Assembly (NCBI RefSeq): GCF_947568905.1
Contig: NC_079166.1
Coordinates: 80,972,001 to 81,036,000 of the forward strand
DNA from: Ostrea edulis
Lineage: Eukaryota
Reading direction: 5' to 3'
DNA: 64,000 bases
Shown: positions 39,632 to 51,100 of the stretch, in pieces
Position numbering within the stretch: the stretch's first letter is position 1
Layout: every line of letters starts with the position of its first letter
Position numbers and translations under genes: made by a program
Notes under the pieces: generated by a model
Told to the model about the DNA's origin: nothing
Databases searched by the model: none
The model's input: the letters and a program-made list of their open reading frames with translations, nothing else

Positions 39632-42092
39632 CTATTTCGAAATTATGACAGTCTTCTCTTTAATACTTCGTTTCAAAATACCCCGATGCGTTTTTTGCGT
39701 TGATTGGTTCTCTGATCGTTGCGTCACTGGAGGTTGTGACATATTTGACCTTGCAGTTAAAACGTCTTCCAGCTCCATAGAGTTAGGTCCTTTGACAATT
39801 GTAAATTCATACAACACCCAATAGCGACCCTTTGGGTCTTTTGTACCGGCGATTCGTAAACTGCCCCCGGCAGTGGAGGTCCGAACAGCTGCGCGCCAAA
39901 CACCGCCATTTCCCTTTTCAATTTTCCTTCCGTTAACAACTGCTTTAATAATGTCACGGGACCGAAACCGTATTATTACCCAAGATTCTTCCGGTAGTTC
40001 ACGCATCAGTGGCTCTAAAAGCTGGCAATGGTACTCGGTAGCGGAAGAATACATTGCCGGAAACGGTGAAGCGTTTTCCGTGGCGTGTCTGGTGCAGTCT
40101 ATCAGATACAGTAGCACAGGTTCGAAGTTCCCAGAGTCAGTTTTACAGAAAATTTGTAATTTGTAGAAACCCTTTTCTGGGAAACGACCTCGTATTAATA
40201 ATGCACTCCCATTGTTTTCTACTAAGAAATAATTTTCTAAGTTTTTTATCGTGGATTCAGAATAAGCGACCCGAAAAGTGACAGTAAAGTCTTTTGTTTT
40301 ATTTAACGTTAATTCTAGATCACCATCTTTTGGAGTCATAATTAAAGGCGAATCAACACCAGCATGGAATCCGAAGTCTTTGTAATCAGAGCGTGACCGC
40401 CACACTCCTGAGTGTTTTGGATATAAATAGACCTTTCGCTCCGTCTGTCTGCAACGTAATATGTACGACACAACTGCATAAAGTGTTGCGTCGTTCTTGT
40501 CGACACGCCCGAGTATTGTCAATCGAAACTTCCCGGTACTCGGAGGGCGTACTCGAATTGAGAACAGGTTGTGATCCGGGTTCTGAACCAGTGTGTACTG
40601 TTTGTGAACGTTTCCGCCGGTATCAGTTAGACGTGCAGAAACATTGCTGAGCATTCGTGACGTTCCTTTTATAAACACAGTGGCGGACATCGTCACAGAA
40701 ATCACGGCTTCTTTATGAGATACTAGATCCACGCCCCATTGGAAGGATTTTATCGTCCGTTTCACATTTTTATTAAACGTCTGCAGAGTCAGAGGTTTCT
40801 GGAGAAGCTGCCAGGCCTTACTTTCTCTTTTGTTTTTGTCCATGTACGGAAAATGTGTAGAAATCAACTGGTTAGGGTCAGTAAGAAAATAAAAGTTTTC
40901 GAATTCTCGGTTATAATGACCCTCGTCATTAACAAAACCTGCCCCCAATGTGCAGTCAATCAAACACCACTGACCGACCACGTGAACAGCGTTCCACGCG
41001 TGATTGGTTTGCTGGGTGTATTTGAATGGTTTGGATGGGTTGTATCCGTATCCTTTCAGGTATCCATACAGAGTCCTTACCGGAATGTCTGTTAACCTAC
41101 AGATTCGGAACAAAATGTACATCGTTAAAAAAAAAACCACGTGTGTATTGTGACGTTGTATCAGATGAAAGGTGAAGATAACGAACAATGATCAATCTCA
41201 TAACTCCTATAAAGAAATTAGAGAGTTGTTGAAATAGCGGTGTTGTTTGTATACCTGCAGAGTTCTGCGAAGAGTTCAGCATAACCGTAGCTAAGTGCAA
41301 CCTTAGTGTGCATTGTGAATTCCGCCGCCACGGGCTTCTTGTAGTTGTTGAGGAAAGATCGCACATCCAATCTGCAACATACAGTTGAGAATACAACCTT
41401 ATCCATTATTTTGTTTCTGGTCACCAGCTAAATAAGTTATAATCGCGGGACTCTGGAAGTCGGTCTCCTCATGTCGGCAGGGTTTTTCGGTGTCGTCTAT
41501 ACATGTATATTCAACATTCGGAAAAGTAATTTCCCTTTGCAAGTTAAAACTGGAAAGGGAATCATTAAGGGGTACCATTCGTCAGTTTATTGTTTCCCTG
41601 TGTGACCTTACTATTCAGGGTCATGTTTGGAAAATAAAAACAATATGTGTATTTTCATCCTGCATGTATTTTATAAGATGTTACACGAAAATCGAAGGTT
41701 ACACGGAAAAGGGGATGTAACTTTTATACATAGACAAGTCATGCTCGTACTGGCCCTTATATCAAGGTAATCGTCATTGTAATTTTGTCAGAGCTAAAAC
41801 GTGATCTATATTTGAGTAATACTGTAACAATGGTTGGGGGAAAAAAATGCAGATCGAGGCTCTTTTTAAGCATGCACGTGTAGAAACGTTTTTTCTGACA
41901 TTCTACAATATGTCGGCTTTCCGATATTTATGCCCCCCGAGATCGAAGATCGGGGGGGGGGGGTATATTGTATTTGTTCTGTCTGTAATTCTGTCTAATA
42001 ACTTTTGAACAGTAAGTGATAGAACATTTTTTACCCCTTGACCTTGGAGTTTGACTTACTTTTTGTAAACTTTAACCTTGTTAATTAAGTGA

Positions 42093-42133
<41 letters not shown>

Positions 42134-42164
42134 CCTTTCCGTGGGTACCAACATGTTTGATCCA

Positions 42165-42197
<33 letters not shown>

Positions 42198-44248
42198 GAA
42201 AATTTTAATCTTGCTTATAACTTTTGAACAGTAAGTGGTAGAGCTTTGATATTTCATATGAGTATTCCTTGTGACAAGACCTTTCCGTTGGTTCTAAACC
42301 TTTTGACATTTGACCTACTTTTATTATTATTTTTTACATTGGTCATAACTTCTAAATGGTAAATATTAGAGCTTTCATATTGTACATGAGCATTTCTTTT
42401 GACAAGATTTTTCTACTGGTACCAAGATATTTGTCCTTATGACATTGGCCATTATCGGGGGCATCTGTGTTTCACAAACACATCTTGTTTTGTTTTATTC
42501 TGACGTTCTTATTGTTGCTTGGTTGTATATTGTTTAACGTCCCACACGAGGAGTTTTCATTCCTATGGAGACCATTGCCGGTAAAGGGCTGCAGAATTTA
42601 GACCTATACTTAGCGCTTACGGCCTTTGAGCAGGGAGGGAAATTTATCGTGCCGCACTTGCTGTGACACGGGGTCTCGAGTTTTACGGACTCATTTGAAG
42701 GACCACCGCATTTAGTCGCCTCGCACGACAAGCAAGGGGGTACTGAGAACTTATTCTAACCCAGATCCTCACGGGGCCGTTCTTATTGTAAATTAGATAA
42801 ACCATCATTGTACAATACAGAAATTAGTTTTGATTTCCAATTAACATGTCACAGTCGTGTGGTGGTTTGAGCGCTTGCTAGGCAATCGGGAGATTCGGAT
42901 TCCAGGTTCGATTCTTGCGCTTCTTTAATAGATTATAAACAGACCATTCCGTGGCTATTATTCCTTCGTCAGTCTCCTGACTGTAAAGTGAAAGTCGCTG
43001 GTCACGAGAAGTACCAGTAACCATGGAGCCGTTTTCTGACTAGACCTACATGTAAGTAGTACATGAACTTACTCATTATTTTTGTTATTTTAAGTTATTA
43101 CACATGGTGACATATTAATACTGAACTTACTCCACATAGTGACACATTATTACTGAGCTTACTCCACATGAGAACATATATTGATACATAACTTACTCAC
43201 ATGGCGACATATTAATACTGAGGTTACTCCACATGATGATATATTAGTGCTGAGCTGAAATATCCCGGTGACATATTAATACTGAGCTTACTCCACATAA
43301 CATTAATACTGAACTTACTCCACATGATGACATTAATACTAAACTTACTCCACATTATGACATATTAATACTGAGCTTACTCCACATAACATTAATACTG
43401 AGCTTACTCCACATGATGACATATTAATATTGACCTTACTCCACATGATGACATACCGTATTAATATTGAGCTTACTCCTTATAATGACATACTCTACAA
43501 ACTTAATCCACATGATGACATATTGATACTTTACAAACTTACTCCACATGGTGACATATCCAGTAATAAAAAGCACGGACTCTCCCCAGGTTTGTTTTTG
43601 AGGCTTTGGTCAAATACTTGGCTAGGTTATGGACGGACAGGTCGGTGGATTTTGGAGCCTGGAATTCATTTTTAAAAAAATAAAATTCATTGTAAATAGC
43701 ATTTAAAAATTAAGACTGTTGGCTAAAATTGGGATTTTGAACGACTTCTTGAAGTTAGAAACACATACAGACAGAGGAGACCCCTTTAAGCTATTATTAT
43801 CTAATTCTTGTTGATCTAGCGCATGCATGTTAATTTCAAATAAAGCAAATATAAAATGTTTCTGTAAAAGGTGTAATCATTTACTAGTATTGCATTAAGG
43901 AAGATAAATGGAATATATCGAGAGACACATTTATTTCTATGTCCGAACCGTTGCTATGATTTCAAAAAGCCAAATTCGCTTGAAACTACATAGGATATGA
44001 AACCAAATACATTCAAAATCTCGAACCATTCTACAAGTTAACAAAGATTTTATTTGACTAACTTTGGCTGCATAATTGTCTACTTTTCTAAACTTGGAGA
44101 GATCTGAGATAATCTCATCTCTTCTGAGAGTGGGCGGGACCGTTGTCAAATCCTCGTCAATCACTGGTTGAACACTGATGAGGCGGGACTCCGGGAAAGT
44201 GGTGACGTCAGAGATCTCGCAGCACGGTTTGGAGGAACATCTCCCCAT
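39632..44248 (-). CDS. KY: Kyphoscoliosis peptidase (KY)/hillarin-like transglutaminase-fold protein, 627 aa, 4 exons
   Basis: Exons (minus): 44248-44063, 43658-43543, 41371-41255, 41096-39632; phases 0/2/2 are consistent. Motifs: LAKYLTK..RVRAFYYWICHH, SYGYAELFAELCR, NHAWNAV, WCLIDCTLGAG, FYFLTDPNQLISTHFP, WQLL, then repeated beta-rich C-terminal domains. The family assignment is from motif recognition; orthology to vertebrate KY is not established. Confidence 0.9.
41927..42490 (+). mobile_element. Helitron/Helentron-type non-autonomous element
   Basis: 5' hairpin ccccccgagatcgaagatcgggggg, tctg microsatellite, internal tandem units with gaccttgacc, 3' end tgtgtttcacaaacacatcttgttt. The architecture matches oyster Helentron-associated elements from memory. 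Confidence 0.75.
42520..42776 (-). mobile_element. SINE body fragment (same family as 4351)
   Basis: The reverse complement contains gtaagcgctaagtataggtctaaattctgcagccctt and a simple-repeat tail. Confidence 0.7.
43070..43560. repeat. ~28-32 bp array (cttactccacatgatgacatattaatactgag) at KY-like exon 2 donor
   Basis: The unit contains the reverse complement of CATGTGGA|GTAAGT, the exon end plus donor. Confidence 0.9.
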
Positions 44249-44565
44249 CTGAACCGGCTTGGAAGCAATGTGTGGTGTGCTCTACAGAGAAAATCTACCG
44301 GTAGTAAACCACAGAGTACAGACACAAACTATTAATGAAGAATGAATTTATAATAAACTTTAAGCTTTGTAAATATCATTCTCTCCTTATATATAACTAT
44401 ATGGGGGTTGGGGTGGGGTTGTTCATGGACAACTCTTACTAACCCTTTTCTTAAAAAAAACCGCATTTGTGGCTGTAGGAAAAGTAATGAGATTCCTGAA
44501 AATTAAGATAATTAATAATGTCCTTCCTTCATGATCAGTGCGAGAGTGATTAGGATTATCGTTAT

Positions 44566-44975
44566 CAGTGGCGGATTCAAAGCCCCCCCCCCCCCAATTT
44601 TTTTTTTTCAAATTTAGGGTAAATCGTGGTATCTTGTTTAGAAAAATGTACTAAACGATAAAAGAAGCAATAATTTCCTGCACTCCCGTAGAAATAAATG
44701 ACAAAATCTTTTGATTTCTTGAATTACTCTATTGGAAGAACTTAATTTTTTCGAAAAACTCTTAAAATTTGCGTCATTTTACTAATTTCACCTTATAAAA
44801 AATTATAGAAAATAGTACAAATGACAATATAGGAGACATATTTCAAGCCCTATAAAATCTGTAAAACCCAGGAGTTTTGGGGGGCTGGGCCCCCACCTCA
44901 AGGCGGCCCCCAGACCCCCTGTCTCGTAAAGTGGCGCCCCCCCCCCCGTAACCACAATTCCTGGATCCGCCCCTG
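44566..44975. mobile_element. Non-autonomous TIR element (cagtggcggatt ... gatccgcccctg)
   Basis: Same terminal motif as 7785-8086. Confidence 0.75.
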
Positions 44976-45938
44976 GTTATGTTGGAATAGTAATATTATT
45001 TGTAAATGTGGAATCGTCTTAAATTGGACTACTCTCCTCCCGCGTGAGCTGGACAGATCGACACTTGTAAGGAATGTCGACAGGGTGAATGATGGTGCGA
45101 CTCGTAACATAAAAATCAGTGTGTTTCTATAATTATTGGATTACTTTTCTCTTTGTTTATGCACACACCTCTATTGAGAAATTGTCAGCATTGTCAATTT
45201 TCTTACTTGTAGACATATCTAGATACCCGGCCCCATTATACCTATCTAGATACCCGGTCCCATTTAACCTATTTAGATATCCGGCCCCATTTCTTTCTTT
45301 ATATGGCGCAGGAGAGGGGATTTGACACTCTAACCACTTTACAATATTCATATAGTACATACACCAATATTAAATATATAAATTTAAAATACCCTCAAAC
45401 TTGTATACGATATCTATACACGTCTGTAGACATCAAAATCTATGATTTTCAGATCTGATAGGACTTGAGAATTGTCACCTGTTTTCTCTAACTGCCCGCT
45501 CCTGTACTGTTAATTCCACGTGTATAATATTTACATGTCATTTTCACATCAACAAGAGTCCTGTACATAATCCATCAAGTTTAAACTTCCGTGTGTTCTC
45601 TTATATGACATATGAAATCAGAGAAAATTTTGATTTTCACACACGTTTGATATAATATCCAATGCGAAGAAATAACGAATGAACATGAATTAAGTAAGGT
45701 GGGATTACTTTTTCTTTAACTTGTTATAGAACTGGCGATATTTTCAGTGATAGTGTGCTCGTATACATCGTACCGTTGGTTTCTCTGTAAACATGAAAGA
45801 AAACACTTAGAACATGCATTTAAATTCACTCTACGGATGACTTAGTACGCGCGTAAAACAAAGGATTGTTGTCGATGAATGTCATTTAAAAGGTGCCAAT
45901 GTACTCGCGTGTAATGTCAATTTCAAAAGTTAAAAATA

Positions 45939-45946
<8 letters not shown>

Positions 45947-46006
<60 letters not shown>

Positions 46007-46008
46007 CG
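45947..46008. repeat. (CT)n immediately followed by (CG)9
   Basis: Seen directly; CG run at 45991-46008. Confidence 0.95.
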
Positions 46009-46164
46009 TAAGCATAGACATCAGAAGTAAAGTAAAATAAGGATGCGTGTGTACAGGTCGGCCCGGGGGAAGGGGATTTGTTGTAATTCATGATCAGGAC
46101 AGTCCAACCATTTGTGCATACATGCATTTTTGTCAGCATGACGTAAACAAATTATTTATGACAC

Positions 46165-46590
46165 AACTATTTCTATCCCCCCCCCCCCCCCCCCCCCGTA
46201 AATCGGAGATTCGGAGCCTGCATATAGTTTTCAAATGGTCCGTGCGTCTGTCGTTCTATCTGTTAATTGAGTACGTGTTGTCAGCAAAAGCTATAACCTA
46301 GGCCATAACTTTGAATGGATGTTGATAGGGCTTTCATATGTTTATTCCTTGTAACACTGAAGACCTTCTTTGGGTACTAAACTGATTGACGTCATGACCT
46401 TGACCCTGGAGTTTGCCCTACTTTTGAAAAACAGTAACCTTGGCTACAAATTTTGAATGGTCGGTGGCTATCATGTTTGAGATGTGTATTCCTTGTGACA
46501 AGAATCTTGTTTTGGTATAACAGACCTAGAATTACTAATTTACTTAAATGCTGCCAGAGCATCAGTGTTTCACAAACCCATCTTGTTTAT
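46165..46590 (+). mobile_element. Second, more degenerate copy of the Helentron-type element
   Basis: gaccttgaccctggagtttg and 3' end gtgtttcacaaacccatcttgttt. Confidence 0.65.
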
Positions 46591-47217
46591 ACTTGATTGT
46601 CCTGTGTATGAACATATTAGAAAAATGCATTCAAAACTACTAGATATTAATACCTTATTTTGTTTACTAAATCCACATAACCTTGTATCTACAAAACAAA
46701 CCTGTCTATACATCAGAGACTGTTTTAATGTTAGAAATAAGTTTTCAACAGTTTGATATTTTGTAATGTATCAATATATATGTGTATCTATGTATGGCTA
46801 ACAACACATTCTTATATAATGTGCTTTAGTGCCAATAAAGAATTGAATTGAATTGAATTGAATTATACTGTGCCTATATTATGAAATATATCACATTCAG
46901 ATAGGTTGTTTCTGGCATGGTGAAACGCTGTCCAATCCTCGGTAAAGAGAAGCGAAAATCGATGTCAGTCTAGCTGTTACTAAACACAACGTACAATACT
47001 CGCTGGAATTTTACACAATGAAATGCAAACTCCGTTGTGTGTATGTTTTAAAAACTTTGATGGAGAATCAATATCATCAATCGATCAAATTACATTTTTT
47101 TAATCCTAAAAATCATATAATCATATTCCAAGATTTTGGATGCTATTTATTTTGCATCTAGGATCTCAAACTTTACATAAATAAGATAAACAGAGACATA
47201 CACGTGCATGCATCACC

Positions 47218-47306
47218 AATCTGATTAAAATCAGATCCTTTAATCCACTCACGTAGATCGTAGCGATCTACGTGAGCGGATTAAAGGATCTGATTTTAAT
47301 TAGATT
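47218..47306. repeat. Palindrome, 43-bp arms, 3-nt loop
   Basis: aatctgattaaaatcagatcctttaatccactcacgtagatcg-tag-cgatctacgtgagcggattaaaggatctgattttaattagatt (2 mismatches). Confidence 0.9.
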
Positions 47307-47814
47307 AATGCATAACATGTCTGATACAAATAAAAATTGAGAAATCAACTTTTTGTTTTATTTTTTGTTTATTTTATTGTTATCTTCATTTCTGGAAATG
47401 TTCACATGATATTACAGATCCCCCTCTATTATTAAAGAGGTAGTAAAGCTCATTTTCAAGGAAAAAAAATTCTCTCACCCTAAATAATTTTATTCCTTTC
47501 TAATATCATAAAAAAAAAAGATAAATGTCGGAATGATATTTATCAACTTTGAAATAATTACTTGTGCGTCGAAATTTACACTCTGAGCAAACTTTTGTAG
47601 CAGATTGAATTTTTCTCCAGGAAGCAACAATTCAGGGGACACAAGTTGAAGGTTATTAATTGTTTTCAATGCATTTGGAAATAAATGCAGATAAATTTAT
47701 AATTGTTATTATTTACAGAAAATGACTTGTTTGAGTCAATTGGATTCATTTTAATTCTGGGAAATTATTAACATGGATAAATTAATAAAAGTTAGAAGAA
47801 TATTGGGGATCGTA

Positions 47815-48010
47815 TTGCAACGACAGAAAAAGGCGGCGGTCCACAAAAGTCGAGGCCTCCACTTGTAGCAGCAGGTGTGGCACGATAAAGATATCCCTCT
47901 CTGCTAAAAGGCCGTAAGTGCCGAACATAGGCCTAAATTTTGCGACCCTTCCCCGACAACGGTGACGTCTCGAAATTAGTGAAAAAATTCTCATCCAACC
48001 AACAAAAAAG
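47815..48010 (+). mobile_element. SINE body fragment just upstream of SEC63
   Basis: ggccgtaagtgccgaacataggcctaaatttt...acggtgacgtctc...gtgaaaaaattctc. Confidence 0.65.
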
Positions 48011-48076
48011 AAAAAGGGAACGTGATTTACAGTAAAATAAAATCGAATGAACTTATGGTCGAGTTGTCTCATCGTT

Positions 48077-48084
48077 ACTTCCGG
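48077..48084 (-). promoter_or_regulatory. ETS-type motif (CCGGAAGT) in SEC63 proximal promoter
   Basis: ACTTCCGG about 55 nt upstream of the SEC63 ATG; typical of housekeeping promoters. Confidence 0.4.
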
Positions 48085-48137
48085 TTTGACAGACAGACGT
48101 GTACCATTGAATAACTAGAAAGTTCACTGACGTAAAC

Positions 48138-51100
48138 ATGCCTGGAATGCAATTTGAATACGATGAAGAAGGAGGAACCTTCTTCTACTTTTTGTTTTCT
48201 ATTTGGGGACTTGTTCTCATTCCCACTACGTATTATTTTTGGCCCAGGAAACCTGTAGACGGTGAGAAAATCTTCATTGTTTGTTCACAGCTGTTCGTAC
48301 AGAAACTGACTGACTGAGATTAAAGTTAGTTCGCAAACGAACATTTCAATATATATTTCATACGAAATAACAGTTTTCCTAAATAGATCTCCTGAAGTCA
48401 TCGCTGATTTAATTTAGATTTAAGAAACACATTAACACCGTCTGTTTTGGGAGTGTTATTAATTAAAACTACATCATGATTGAACAACATTGCGGAGGTA
48501 TAAGATACAGTCTAATCAAAACGTCAAATTCTTCTTTGAAAATTACATATATTTGTGTGGAGGCTCAACATGTTCGAAATAAAGATTAAATCGCCATTTC
48601 TTTGCAAAATTATAATTTGTGTGGAAACGAGGGGGATAGGGAAGACCGAATATAAATAACTAAATAACCCCATCGTTTCCACGGAAATTACTGCAATTGA
48701 TACTTAAATGAAACTTAAAATGACTTGATGAATGTTTTTTGGTAAAAGGTGATTTGTAAAAAATATTTAATATTTATATAAAAAGGATTTGTGTTAGAAT
48801 TGACATATTACAATCTTCTGTATGGAGTTTCTCCAATTAGCAGCTTTCTACAACTAAAGGGAAATTTTTACCTGTGAAACCTCAAAGGGGAAATAATTTT
48901 TTTGTCAAAACAGGAAAGGTACCCTTTACCACTAGTGAAAAAACCTTGATAGATCCCTGGAATTGAATTTATTCAACATGTTTAAGTTAGTTTCACAACT
49001 CACAAAACTTAAAGGAAATAAAAATTCATCACATATTTAAATCTTTGGGTATGAAGGTAGCACTCTCGTTTCTCACTGCTACGACCCAGGTTCGATCCCC
49101 GTGATTGGCAGTGGTTATATGTGAGAGGGTATGGTGGTTACTCACTCGAACACGTGGATTTCCTAAGTAAGGATACTCTGGTTTCCTCCCCAATAATGAC
49201 CCCCTAGTGCCAACATTGAACATGTGTGCATGAAAGGGCCCCATTGGAAATAAGCTTTTGAGTTTTCATGGGTTATCCTTTGTATTTTTGTATCACAGTG
49301 TGTATATATGTATGCATGTATTTACCGAATTAACATTTGTTTTTATTCATTTAATTATTAGTTTTTGAATACATGTACTTAAAACAGTTTATATTGTTTG
49401 CTTTGCCTTGGACTAAAATGACATTCTGTTATGGGATAAGATGTGTCACATCATTGCTGACTAAAGTTCTTTGTTGTCTAAGTTTCATTAGACGATGAGA
49501 AGCAAAGTTTAGAAGGTATTGTGGCACCCCAACTGTCTTTTTAATGTTTAAGTAATAATTAGTATCAGTGTAAATTAATTTCAACTGATTAGTTTATATG
49601 GAATAGTCTTGAAACCAAGTAGTGGTGTCCAACCCTAACCCAGACCTCACCAGGCCTGCACTTAATGTTAAACCTATTAATTTAATTAAGTTTTCAGGCT
49701 GTAATGAGTACAATTTATGATTGTGCACTCATTCATCTTCAACTTCGGAATAATCTTAAAATTTTTGCTTACAAAGGGCACTTTCTAAGCACTGATTTTT
49801 TAGCAGAAAATCCAAATTATATTAGTAATTATCTCAAACTCAGTGGGGCCGAGAAAAAACTTTGAGATATCCAAGGGTTCGAGATATTGAAGTTAAAATA
49901 CATTTTTAAAAAATGTAGAACTTGGAAGTTTCTAACTCACATCAACATATCCATGGTATTTTAGACATCAATGTTCAAGATACTGAGGTTACACTGTATA
50001 AGGGAGCACAAGAATGGAGCACACATAGTGACTATTATACATTATATCTATCCCAAGTAATTGATATTTTCTGAACATTTGATTCGACTTTTGTTTGCAG
50101 ATGAAAAAGGAAAAAAGAGACGGGAGTGTAATTGTGATCCTTGTGTTATAAAACGACATCATCTAAAGTCCAGTACAAAATGGACCAAAATGAAAGAGAA
50201 AATATTGTAAGTAATTTATTATCTTTCCCATTGTTATTGTAATGACATTGACGATGATAATGGGTGATAAGGATGCAGTCTAATGGCGTGTAAATATGTT
50301 CATTACGTGCTCGGTGTCGTGTTCTTTTGTGTTTACATGTGTCCGTTTGTGTAGCTCACCTGTGCCTAAGATTCAAGCACGTCATGAATTGTAAAGAGCA
50401 AAGAAAATAATTATGTAACTCTGGATTCTTATGTATTTTGATGTATGTTTAGATTGTTCAAAGGGTTTTTTTAATAAACAATTGAAACCTTATTGGCAAG
50501 GTGGGCCCCTGAACATGTCAACTTTATGGGGCCCACATTGTGTGATCCATGGGTCCACACTAAATATCATTTTAAAATTTTTGAAATAGTAAAGATGTTC
50601 TTTTGATAGTTTATTGCTTTTGACTTTATAAACCAACTGTACTAGTGGAAGCCGTGACGGCCAATTGTAACTCCGTCCTAGTGGAAGCATCTGATAGTCC
50701 TGGCCGATTGTAACGCCATATGTGTGTGTGAAGGACCTCGATATCTCGCTCTCGATAGTCCCGGCCGAGTGTAAAAGGACTTTGATATCTTACTCTCGTA
50801 ATCACTGAAATAAATGAATTTCTCTTTGTGGCCTGGGGTTTTGAGACCCTTAAAAAATGCTACACGCTGCTCTAAGGCTTACTCATACTAAATCACATAC
50901 ACCTTGACACTGTGTAAATAATGCGAATCTTAAATTAGTCAGTATAGTGTTTTATTAATACAGAATACAAGACTTTAAAATACAAAGCAAACAGGACAAT
51001 GTCACAGAAAATATCATTTGCCCTGTGGGCCACCAAGTTTTCAATATCTAATCGCCCACAGGAAATATTACTCGCATTGGCAAGTGGATATTCACAACTC

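Noticed and set aside
41097-41188. N-terminus of the 518-aa ORF as the true protein start
   Set aside because: This is intron sequence; the acceptor at 41097 joins in phase to exon 41371-41255.
41372-41500. Frameshifted exon or 26-nt mini-intron upstream of KY-like exon 3
   Set aside because: A clean exon 2 at 43658-43543 supplies the RAFYYWICHH motif in the correct phase, so there is no pseudogenisation.
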